The position numbers and the translations under genes were made by a program. Below the pieces are notes generated by a model that was not told where the DNA came from, did no database searches, and saw only the letters and a list, made by a program, of their open reading frames with translations. Source: an uncultured Christensenella sp. (GTDB lineage: Bacteria > Bacillota > Clostridia > Christensenellales > CAG-917). Taken from it: a stretch of 64,000 nucleotides of DNA. The stretch covers positions 65,848-129,847 of the forward strand of contig CAJTYG010000007.1 of the NCBI GenBank assembly GCA_910584155.1, in the 5' to 3' direction. This document shows positions 31,042-39,139 of this stretch, piece by piece; within the stretch, counting starts at the first letter, position 1, and each line of letters begins with the position of its first letter.

Positions 31042-32355
31042 ATGAAAGATCAAAACGGCTATGTAGAGAGTTTCAGAAAGCTCATACAGTGTCCGACGGT
31101 TACGGATAGCGGACATGAATATTTTGAGGCATTCCACAGGGTGCTTGACGAGGAATTTCCTCACGTTGCTGCGACCTGTGAGAAGATAAAGCTCGGTCGT
31201 GACGTACTGCTTTACAAGTGGACGGGCAAGGATAGTGCACGTCCCGTAGTGCTTATGGCGCATCAGGACGTTGTGCCTGCGGTCGGCGGCGACTGGAAAT
31301 ATGAGCCGTTTAGCGCAACCGTTGAGGACGGCAAAATTTACGGCAGAGGCACAATGGACTGCAAAAATACGCTGTTTGGCACCATACAGGCTGTGGACGA
31401 GCTTATTGCAGAGGGCTTTGTGCCCGAGCAGGACATATATCTTTCATACAGCGATTGCGAGGAAACGTCCGGTCCCGGTGCGGAAATGGCAAGAGATTGG
31501 TTCAAATCGCAGGGCATCACTCCGTGCGTTGTCGTAGACGAGGGCGGCGCTATAATGCGCAAGTTTATGAAAAAGATGACAAAGGACGCCTGCATGGTCG
31601 GTATACTTGAAAAAGGATATGCCGATGTAAAATTTGTTGCAAAGGGCAAGGGCGGACACAGCTCTCAACCGCCTAAGAATACACCTATTGCAAGACTTGG
31701 CGCACTCATCAACTATTGCGAAAAGCACACAATATTTAAGCCTAAGATGTCCAAAGCGGCAAAGGCAATGGTGAAGGGTTTGGGTGATGTAGTTGCCCCA
31801 CCTCTCAAAGGTATTGCAAAAGCATTTGGCGGCAGCTGTCTTCTGCCTAAAATAGCACCGAAGGTTGTTCCGTCCTATGGCAGACCTATGTATGCGACCA
31901 CAATGGTGTTTACTATGTGCGACGGTGCAACTGCGCCAAACGTCATTCCTCAAGAGGCTTGGGTGAATGCAAACCTGCGTTTTTCGCCGACGGATAAGAG
32001 TGAAGATTGCTTCAAAAAGCTCCGCAAAATCGCAAAGAAATTCGATTGCGAAATGGTTGTGACAAAGTGCAGGGAAGCATCTCCAATGGTAGACCTCTCA
32101 AGCGACGGATATAAGATTTTTGCAAACGCAGTGAAAAAGACCTATCCCGACATTGCCGTCGTGCCTTATCTGATGTTTGGCGGCACGGACTGCCGCATTA
32201 TGCAGGAAATTGCAACTACTGCAATACGTTGCACGCCCTGCAAGCTCAGCATGGCACAGCTTGGCGGAATGCACGCCTCAAACGAAAATGTGGATATATC
32301 TTCGATAGGCGAAACAGTGCAATTCTTCAAAAATTTTATAACGATGTATAAATAA
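31042..32355 (+). CDS. M20-family metallopeptidase/deacylase
   Basis: MAHQDVVPA, GRGTMDCKN and SDCEETSG motifs, typical of M20 (ArgE/DapE/CPS-like) enzymes. Confidence 0.8.
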   Translation: MKDQNGYVESFRKLIQCPTVTDSGHEYFEAFHRVLDEEFPHVAATCEKIKLGRDVLLYKWTGKDSARPVVLMAHQDVVPAVGGDWKYEPFSATVEDGKIYGRGTMDCKNTLFGTIQAVDELIAEGFVPEQDIYLSYSDCEETSGPGAEMARDWFKSQGITPCVVVDEGGAIMRKFMKKMTKDACMVGILEKGYADVKFVAKGKGGHSSQPPKNTPIARLGALINYCEKHTIFKPKMSKAAKAMVKGLGDVVAPPLKGIAKAFGGSCLLPKIAPKVVPSYGRPMYATTMVFTMCDGATAPNVIPQEAWVNANLRFSPTDKSEDCFKKLRKIAKKFDCEMVVTKCREASPMVDLSSDGYKIFANAVKKTYPDIAVVPYLMFGGTDCRIMQEIATTAIRCTPCKLSMAQLGGMHASNENVDISSIGETVQFFKNFITMYK

Positions 32356-32400
32356 AAATTTTTACAAAAGTTAAAATCAAAAAGCACGAAAGATAAATCA

Positions 32401-32426
32401 AAAACGGCACTTTAGGTGCCGTTTTT
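32401..32426. terminator. Bidirectional terminator between the M20 peptidase and LRR genes
   Basis: AAAACGGCAC-tttag-GTGCCGTTTT. Confidence 0.85.
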
Positions 32427-32453
32427 GCGTAGATAATGCATATTTTATTAAAA

Positions 32454-34367
32454 TTAGTATTCCGTTGACAAATCTTTATAATTAATTAGTTCTTCCGGTA
32501 TTTGTGGGGGATTTGTATTAATTTCAATTATTGTTTCATATTTAACATCAAAAAATTCGTCAGTTATTATTGTTTTATATTTATTTTCTGACAGCTTGAT
32601 AAAATTACTAATAATACTATTTCCTATTTTACTAATTAATAGATTTAGATTTTCATCAAAGTAGGAAGTACTCAACTTTTGAATTGATAATTGATTAAAA
32701 TTATCATAATATGATATATAATAACAACAGTCATTATCAATAATTAGAAACGCTTGACTGTTACCTATATCATTAATGTCTTGAGCATATATTAATTCAT
32801 GAGATATAAAATAGCTCATATTATCAGCAATAGTTATTGAAAATGCATTGATTTTATTGGTGTATAAAGCTACAAAAATATCATTTAAATTTGAAAAATC
32901 ATTTGGATTGCTGTTATAATTTGAGTAAATGACTAAAAGAAATGTCAAATCATCAACCAGTTGCTCTTTCTTAATACTATTCCATTGTTCCTCTATTCCA
33001 TCATAAGCTATTTTTATTGTGCTATTCAAATAAGCGAATGCATAAAAGCCAATGCTAGTAACGCTGCTTGGAATAGAAATGCTTGTAAGCTCAGTACATC
33101 CGGAAAATGCACCTTCGCCAATGGTTGTTACACTGTCGGGTATGATTATGCTCGTAAAACTGCTACAATTTTTGAACGCATAATTACTAATAATTGTAAC
33201 GCCGTTTGGTATGGTTATATTTGTAAGCTCAGTACATCCGGAAAATGCACCTTCGCCAATGGTTGTTACACTGTCGGGTATGATTATGCTCGTAAAACTG
33301 CTACAATTTTTGAACGCATAATTACTAATAATTGTAACGCCGTTTGGTATGGTTATATTTGTAAGCTCAGTACATCCGGAAAATGCACCTTCGCCAATGG
33401 TTGTTACACTGTCGGGTATGACTATGCTTGTAAGACTGCTACAATTTTTGAACGCATCATTGTATATTTGAGTTGTGCCTTCTTTTAGTTCAAGTGAAGT
33501 GTTATCAGCCATATTACCTTTATATGTATAAGCAATTTTACCCGCATAAATAACACCATTAGGCTGATTGCTATACCAAGAATCGCCATTAAATGCATTG
33601 TATCCGACGCTTATTACGCTGTCGGGAATAGTTACACTTGTTATATCACAATTATAAAAAGTGTAGCTATGTATTGTTTTAATACCGTCGGCAATAATAA
33701 TGTCACCACTTATTTTAGAATTATTCAAATATAAGGTAGAATTTGTTCTCAAAGGGTTTGAATGCATATCAATAGAAAGCCAAGCATTTAAATCCGATAT
33801 ATATACATTTGTTATATTTGAGCATTGAGTAAATGCGTCTTCATTGATTTCTGTAATTCCTAATCCAAGAGTTAAATTGTTGAGATTTTTACATCCATAA
33901 AAAGCGTTTTTATCTATTGTTGTGACAGTATCGGGAATTTTAACGCTTTGAATACTAGTACATGCTCTTAATGCACCGTCTCCTATTTTTGTTATTCCGT
34001 CGGGAATTACAAGATTAGCAGGTAATTTATCTTTATTGCCATCTATGCCTTTTAATGTTCCATCGCTTGATATATCCCATTCAATATCCCAATCGGCATA
34101 ATAAGTAATATTTTCCCAAACACGATATTTTGTGTTGAAGCTACTGCCTTCTCCGTCTTTTTCTGTATACCAACCACAGAAATTACTACCGAATTTTGTT
34201 GGGTTAGAAACAGTAGGCATTATATAACCAATTTTTACTTTTTTTACAGTAGGTTTATCTCCATTGCACGGGTCAAAGGTGATTTTTACTTTGGTAGCAA
34301 CTGCTGAGTAATTGACAAGATTTACACGCTTGTAGGTGGCTTGCATTCCAAGCTCATCCTCAAGCAC
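32454..34367 (-). CDS. BspA-type leucine-rich-repeat protein with a Listeria/Bacteroides-repeat-like N-terminus and no signal peptide
   Basis: Repeated IPDSVTTIGEGAFSGCTELTNITIPNGVTIISNYAFKNCSS units. The N-terminus has a GWYTEKDG...F motif. The start could be the GTG at 34367 or the ATG at 34346 (GAGGA 10 nt upstream). The ORF is in frame with the upstream ORF across a single TAG. Confidence 0.8.
   Translation of the reverse strand: MLEDELGMQATYKRVNLVNYSAVATKVKITFDPCNGDKPTVKKVKIGYIMPTVSNPTKFGSNFCGWYTEKDGEGSSFNTKYRVWENITYYADWDIEWDISSDGTLKGIDGNKDKLPANLVIPDGITKIGDGALRACTSIQSVKIPDTVTTIDKNAFYGCKNLNNLTLGLGITEINEDAFTQCSNITNVYISDLNAWLSIDMHSNPLRTNSTLYLNNSKISGDIIIADGIKTIHSYTFYNCDITSVTIPDSVISVGYNAFNGDSWYSNQPNGVIYAGKIAYTYKGNMADNTSLELKEGTTQIYNDAFKNCSSLTSIVIPDSVTTIGEGAFSGCTELTNITIPNGVTIISNYAFKNCSSFTSIIIPDSVTTIGEGAFSGCTELTNITIPNGVTIISNYAFKNCSSFTSIIIPDSVTTIGEGAFSGCTELTSISIPSSVTSIGFYAFAYLNSTIKIAYDGIEEQWNSIKKEQLVDDLTFLLVIYSNYNSNPNDFSNLNDIFVALYTNKINAFSITIADNMSYFISHELIYAQDINDIGNSQAFLIIDNDCCYYISYYDNFNQLSIQKLSTSYFDENLNLLISKIGNSIISNFIKLSENKYKTIITDEFFDVKYETIIEINTNPPQIPEELINYKDLSTEY
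33083..33462 (-). repeat. 138-bp tandem repeat, about 2.75 copies, inside the LRR gene
   Basis: Units at 33083-33220 and 33221-33358 are identical by eye. The third copy, starting at 33359, diverges after about 100 nt. Confidence 0.9.
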
Positions 34368-34382
34368 AAGCGTTTTGTTGCC

Positions 34383-35018
34383 CTAGTTTTTTAATATTTT
34401 GACATCTTCGGTTATTTTGCCGAAGTCCTCATCTTTATACGTCAGCGACAGCTTACTGCCGGACTTTTTCCAACTTCCTTTGTCAACGCCTTCCTGTCCT
34501 GTATACATCGAGGTATAGTGATATTCATATTTAGTTGCGGTGAAGCTGTAAAACTCGTTGGGGTTGTTTACGTTGACGTAAATTCCTCGTATACCAACGA
34601 GGGTTGACATAAGTGTGATAAAAATTATCACAACAAGCACGATGGGACAGACAATAAACCAATGCTTTTTAAACCAAGCCCAAGCAGGCGAGGCTGATAC
34701 TTTGGATATTGCCGCCGACATCTTTTCTTTTGCAGGCGATTTCGCTTTTGGGGCAGGGTTTTGTTGTGCCTGCTGTTTTTCCGCTTCCAAAGCGGCAAGA
34801 CGTGCTTTTAAAGCTTCAAGCTCGCTGTTTACGTCCTGCGTTGCTTCGGCTTGGTTCGCCGTTGTGGGCTGCAATGTTGCGTCTTCTGTCTGTTGTTGCT
34901 CTGCGGGCTGAGCAGTTTCTTGCTTTTTTGTCGCATAGTATTTATTGCAATTCGGGCAATAAAATTTTTTGTCATCGCAGCGTTCAAGCTCGGTGCCGCA
35001 GTTAGGGCATTTTGCCAT
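34383..35018 (-). CDS. Membrane-anchored protein: N-terminal zinc ribbon, Q/A/E-rich linker, one TM helix, small C-terminal domain
   Basis: CPNCGTE...CPNCNK followed by WFIVCPIVLVVIIFITLMSTLVGI. AGGAGGA RBS. Ends at a TAG that is in frame with the LRR ORF. Confidence 0.75.
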   Translation of the reverse strand: MAKCPNCGTELERCDDKKFYCPNCNKYYATKKQETAQPAEQQQTEDATLQPTTANQAEATQDVNSELEALKARLAALEAEKQQAQQNPAPKAKSPAKEKMSAAISKVSASPAWAWFKKHWFIVCPIVLVVIIFITLMSTLVGIRGIYVNVNNPNEFYSFTATKYEYHYTSMYTGQEGVDKGSWKKSGSKLSLTYKDEDFGKITEDVKILKN

Positions 35019-35059
35019 ATGATATCCTCCTTATAGTCGTTATATCGTTTTTGACTATA

Positions 35060-35240
35060 CAAAAAAGTGGCGACCTGTCGGATCGCCACTGTCTCTTTTG
35101 TATAACAAGTGCGCTCCGCCAGATTCACCACAAATCCCGAAATGCGTCACTTTACCAGCACCCATTTGTTATGCGAAAAACGCACTTGTTACCTATTTAG
35201 GAAACAAATGGATACTGCTTATATTCGGAATTTGTGGTGC
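35060..35240 (-). ncRNA. Candidate structured RNA of about 180 nt (sRNA or cis-regulatory leader), class unknown
   Basis: It has its own promoter and its own intrinsic terminator (AGTGGCGA-9 nt-TCGCCACT + U6). Long-range pairings are 35126-35141/35224-35239 (16 bp), 35162-35170/35203-35211 (9 bp) and 35104-35113/35181-35190 (10 bp). Confidence 0.55.
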
Positions 35241-35244
35241 AAAT

Positions 35245-35273
35245 ATTTTAACATATTAGCGGGGCAGTGTCAA
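35245..35273 (-). promoter_or_regulatory. Sigma-A-type promoter driving the structured RNA
   Basis: Minus strand TTGACA-17 nt-TAAAAT. The predicted start site falls at the 5' strand of the 16-bp closing helix. Confidence 0.65.
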
Positions 35274-35414
35274 ATTTTTGATATCTAATATCTATCCATC
35301 CGCAAAATAATAAAAGTTTTGACAAACTTATTGTTATCGTTATTGACAAATTGATGATTACATATTTATAATATATCTATATAATAAGTATCCCTAAAGG
35401 GAGAGGAGATTTTT

Positions 35415-35948
35415 ATGGGTTGCATTTGGCATGACGTTGACCCTGCTCGCATCACTACGACTGATTTTTTGGCGTGTATCGAGATTTCAAAGGGCAGTAA
35501 AAACAAATATGAGCTTGACAAGGAAACGGGCACTCTCATCTTAGACAGAGTTTTGTACACATCTACGCACTATCCTGCAAACTACGGTTTTATTCCGCTT
35601 ACTTACTCTGAGGACAACGACCCGCTTGACGTGTTGGTGCTTTGCTCGGAGCCTATCGTACCTCTTACGCTTGTCAGGTGCTATCCAATCGGCGTGATGA
35701 TGATGCAGGACAGCAATGAGATGGACTATAAAATCATTGCAATTCCGTTTAAAGATCCTACGTGGAATGTTTATAAGGAAATCGAAGAACTGCCAAGCCA
35801 TATCATGGAAGAGATGTCGCACTTTTTCAGAGTATACAAGCAGCTTGAGGGCAAGCAGACGACGGTGTTCCAAGTCAAGGGACGTGAGCATGCCGAGCTT
35901 ATCATCAAGGAAAACATACAGGAATACAACAAAAAGTTTAAAAAATAA
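35415..35948 (+). CDS. ppa: Inorganic pyrophosphatase, family I
   Basis: IEISKGSKNKYELDKETG, YPANYGFIP and DGDPLDVLVL-like (DNDPLDVLVL) motifs. Confidence 0.92.
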   Translation: MGCIWHDVDPARITTTDFLACIEISKGSKNKYELDKETGTLILDRVLYTSTHYPANYGFIPLTYSEDNDPLDVLVLCSEPIVPLTLVRCYPIGVMMMQDSNEMDYKIIAIPFKDPTWNVYKEIEELPSHIMEEMSHFFRVYKQLEGKQTTVFQVKGREHAELIIKENIQEYNKKFKK

Positions 35949-35956
35949 AATAGATG

Positions 35957-35987
35957 ACCCTGCCAAGCGGCAGGGTTTGGTATTTTA
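35957..35987 (+). terminator. ppa terminator
   Basis: ACCCTGCC-aagc-GGCAGGGT followed by TTGGTATTTT. Confidence 0.7.
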
Positions 35988-36001
35988 TCCACAAAATCAA
36001 G

Positions 36002-36029
36002 TCTTTCCGTCTTAGGCGGAAAGATTTTT
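36002..36029 (+). terminator. Second hairpin plus U-run, immediately upstream of the FAD-oxidoreductase operon (possible attenuator)
   Basis: TCTTTCCG-tcttagg-CGGAAAGA + TTTTT, ending 12 nt before the ATG at 36042. Confidence 0.55.
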
Positions 36030-36041
36030 ACGGAGTGATAT

Positions 36042-37469
36042 ATGAAATATGATTGCATTGTTATCGGTGGCGGCGTGATAGGCACTGCCGTGCTTGACAG
36101 GCTGTCTAAATACTCTGTCAATGCGCTGCTCGTCGAAAAGGAAGACGACGTTGCTTCCTTTACCACACGTGCAAACAGCGGAATAGTACACGCAGGCTAT
36201 GACTGCGAACCGAATACGCTCAAGGCACGTTTCAACGTGAGGGGCAACGAGCTTATGTGGCAGGACGTATGCGAGCTTGACGTGCCGCATCTCAAATGTG
36301 CCTCTATCGTTGTCGCAAGAGACGATCAGCTTGACCGTCTCGAGGCGCTAAAGGAAAAGGCGGATAAAAACGGCGTGCCCGTGCGCATTTTAAATGCGGG
36401 GCAGACGAGAGTGATAGAGCCTAACGTAGCGGACGAGATAGTATATTCGCTGTATGCGCCTACGGCAGGTATCGTGTCGCCCTATCAGCTTGCCATTGCC
36501 TATGCGGACAGGGCAATACTCAACGGCGGCAAAATACAGCTCAATGCCGAAGTGACCGCTATTAAACGCACGGACGGCGGCTTTGTCGTGACTACGTCGG
36601 CAGGTGATTTCGAGTGCAAGTGTCTTATAAACTGCGCAGGTGCAAACGGTGCGGAAATAAACGACCTTGCGGGTGCGGAGCATTTTGAAACGACCTATCG
36701 CCGAGGCGATTATTTTGTACTTGACAACACCGAACGTAAAAACGTGCATACTGTCATATTCCCTCTGCCGACAGAGGCAGGCAAGGGCATTTTGGTCGCT
36801 CCGACTGCAGACGGCAACGTCATTTACGGTCCGACTGCCGTTGATACTACTGATAAAACAGACACGGCCACGTCGCTTGCAAGCCTTGACGAGGTGCGTA
36901 AAAACGTGCCTTTGTCATACAAAACCCCCGCATTCAACAAGTGCATAAGAGTATACGGCGGCTTGAGGACGCTCATCGGTCACGATTTTGTCATAAAGCA
37001 GTCCGAAGCGGTGCCCGACTTTATTATGGCGATAGGCATTTGCTCACCCGGACTTTCGTCTGCGCCCGCCATTGCGGAATATATCGAGCAAATCGTTGTT
37101 GATAAGCTTTCGCTTGTCAAAAAGGACAATATCGTAAAGCAAATGCCTCGCTGCGGCAGACTTGCGGAGCTTAGCTCCGAGCAGCTTGACGAGCTCATCG
37201 CAAAGGACTCCGCTTGGGGCAGAATAGTATGCCGTTGCGAAAAGGTCACCGAGGCGGAAATCGTAAGAGCTATCCATTCGCCGCTACCTGCCACCACTGT
37301 GGACGCAGTAAAGCGCCGCACACGTGCAGGTATGGGCAGATGTCAGGGCGGCTTTTGCGGACCTAAGGTGATGGAAATTATATCCCGTGAGCTGAATATA
37401 CCTCTAAATGAGGTGAAGAAAGGCGGCGGAGCGTCCATAGCACGCTTTAAGGTCAAGGAGGTGGAATGA
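36042..37469 (+). CDS. FAD-dependent oxidoreductase, glycerol-3-phosphate dehydrogenase-like, with a BFD-type [2Fe-2S] domain
   Basis: DCIVIGGGVIGTAV dinucleotide fold. C-terminal CRCEKVTEAEIVRAI...RAGMGRCQGGFC. Confidence 0.8.
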   Translation: MKYDCIVIGGGVIGTAVLDRLSKYSVNALLVEKEDDVASFTTRANSGIVHAGYDCEPNTLKARFNVRGNELMWQDVCELDVPHLKCASIVVARDDQLDRLEALKEKADKNGVPVRILNAGQTRVIEPNVADEIVYSLYAPTAGIVSPYQLAIAYADRAILNGGKIQLNAEVTAIKRTDGGFVVTTSAGDFECKCLINCAGANGAEINDLAGAEHFETTYRRGDYFVLDNTERKNVHTVIFPLPTEAGKGILVAPTADGNVIYGPTAVDTTDKTDTATSLASLDEVRKNVPLSYKTPAFNKCIRVYGGLRTLIGHDFVIKQSEAVPDFIMAIGICSPGLSSAPAIAEYIEQIVVDKLSLVKKDNIVKQMPRCGRLAELSSEQLDELIAKDSAWGRIVCRCEKVTEAEIVRAIHSPLPATTVDAVKRRTRAGMGRCQGGFCGPKVMEIISRELNIPLNEVKKGGGASIARFKVKEVE

Positions 37470-38710
37470 TGAGAGATCTCTATTTTGACGTAGCTATAAT
37501 CGGCGGCGGTCCTGCGGGAATGGCGGCGGCTTTGTCCGCACGTAAGACGGGTGCGAGCGTCGTCATTCTCGAGCGAGACGTGCGTTTGGGCGGTATACTG
37601 AATCAGTGCATACATCAGGGCTTCGGCTTGCACTACTTCGGCGAGGAAATGACGGGACCGGAATATGCGGACAGATTCCGCAAAGCGGTCGAGAGTGAGG
37701 ATATCACCGTAATGCTCGAGTGTATGGTGCTTGCGCTCACAAAGGATAAGACGGTCACAGCGCTTTCGCCAACGCAGGGACTTTGCAAAATACACGCCAA
37801 AGCGGTCGTGCTTGCAATGGGCTGCAGAGAGCGTACCGCAGGAGCCATTGCGCTTGCAGGTACACGCCCCGCAGGCATTTATACTGCGGGAATGGCGCAA
37901 AAGATATGCAATATAGACGGATATCTCGTCGGCAAAGAGGTCGTCATTTTGGGCAGCGGCGATATCGGACTTATCATGGCTCGCCGCATGACTACAGAGG
38001 GCGCAAAGGTTAAGCTTGTGCTTGAGCTTATGCCTTATTCGAGCGGACTTAAAAGAAATATCGTGCAGTGTCTTGACGACTACGGCATACCTATAAAATA
38101 TTCGCACACCATTACGAGAGTTGTGGGCAGTCCACGCCTTACGGGGCTGTATTATGCGCCCGTAGGAAAGGACAGAAAGCCCGTGCTCGAGCAGGAGCAA
38201 TACATATCCTGCGACACGCTTTTGCTGTCCGTCGGGCTTATTCCTGAAAACGACTTGCTAAACGGACTTGACGTTGAGATGAGTCCCGTCACGCAGGGCG
38301 CCGTCGTTGACGAAAACAGAATGACGTCCGTTGAGGGGATTTTCTCTTGCGGAAACGTATTGCACGTGCACGACCTTGTGGACAACGTGTCCGAGGAAGC
38401 CGAGATAGCAGGCAGATCCGCCGCAACGTATACGCTCGGCGCTGCGCTAATCGGTGACGGCTTTGTGAGCGTGACCGCAAAGGACGGCGTGAGATACTCT
38501 TTGCCTCAGCGCATAAGCAAGGGCGAGGGCAAGGTGCGCATATTCTTCCGTGTGGGCGACGTTTACAAAAACTGCAAGCTCATTGCGGAAACCGCTTCAG
38601 AGCAGCTTGTATCCAAAAAGTTTATGGTGCTTGCGCCCGGTGAAATGGGCAGCTTTGAGATAGACAGATCCCGCATAGACGGCGATGTGACAGTGAGGTT
38701 GGAAGTATGA
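37466..38710 (+). CDS. FAD/NAD(P)-dependent pyridine nucleotide-disulfide oxidoreductase family protein
   Basis: DVAIIGGGPAGMAAA and a second GSGDIGL fold. Overlaps both neighbouring genes. Confidence 0.8.
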   Translation: MMRDLYFDVAIIGGGPAGMAAALSARKTGASVVILERDVRLGGILNQCIHQGFGLHYFGEEMTGPEYADRFRKAVESEDITVMLECMVLALTKDKTVTALSPTQGLCKIHAKAVVLAMGCRERTAGAIALAGTRPAGIYTAGMAQKICNIDGYLVGKEVVILGSGDIGLIMARRMTTEGAKVKLVLELMPYSSGLKRNIVQCLDDYGIPIKYSHTITRVVGSPRLTGLYYAPVGKDRKPVLEQEQYISCDTLLLSVGLIPENDLLNGLDVEMSPVTQGAVVDENRMTSVEGIFSCGNVLHVHDLVDNVSEEAEIAGRSAATYTLGAALIGDGFVSVTAKDGVRYSLPQRISKGEGKVRIFFRVGDVYKNCKLIAETASEQLVSKKFMVLAPGEMGSFEIDRSRIDGDVTVRLEV

Positions 38711-39045
38711 ATACCATTTGCATAATGTGTCCTATGGGGTGCCCGCTGACTATAGAAAAGCAGGGCGACGAAATAATCGTTTCGGGCAATACCTGCAAGC
38801 GTGGCGAAAAATACGGTAAGGATGAATTTCAGCACCCAAAGCGTGCAATAACCACGCTCGTAAAGCTTCAAAACGGCGGTGTAGCGTCAGTCAAGACCTC
38901 CGACGCCGTGCCGAAGGAGCGCATATTTGACGTTGTAAAGTTTATAGGCACTCTTGTCGCCGACGACGGTGTGCAGATAGGCGACATCATCGCAACGGAT
39001 ATACTGTCGCTCGGCGTAGACGTGGTTGTGACGGGACGAAAATAA
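38707..39045 (+). CDS. DUF1667-like small Cys-rich protein
   Basis: CIMCPMGCPL...GNTCKRGEKYGKDEF..PKR pattern. Third gene of the trio seen in Clostridia and Thermotoga glycerol-3-P dehydrogenase-like clusters. Confidence 0.7.
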   Translation: MNTICIMCPMGCPLTIEKQGDEIIVSGNTCKRGEKYGKDEFQHPKRAITTLVKLQNGGVASVKTSDAVPKERIFDVVKFIGTLVADDGVQIGDIIATDILSLGVDVVVTGRK

Positions 39046-39088
39046 ATTATACTGTTTAAGTAGCTAAATTTACAAAAGATAAAGTTTA

Positions 39089-39128
39089 TTTGCCAAAAAC
39101 GTGCAGTATAAGTGCCGTTTTTGGCAAA
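39089..39128. terminator. 13-bp perfect hairpin between the DUF1667 gene and comEC
   Basis: TTTGCCAAAAACG-14 nt-CGTTTTTGGCAAA. Confidence 0.6.
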
Positions 39129-39139
39129 TTGGGTACTAA

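Noticed and set aside
35060-35240. The structured RNA as 6S RNA, SRP RNA, tmRNA or RNase P RNA.
   Set aside because: It is too short and has the wrong architecture. The closing helix encloses only about 85 nt, with no large central bubble. There is no SRP domain IV GGAA/AGCA motif, no tRNA-like end or tag ORF, and none of the RNase P conserved regions.
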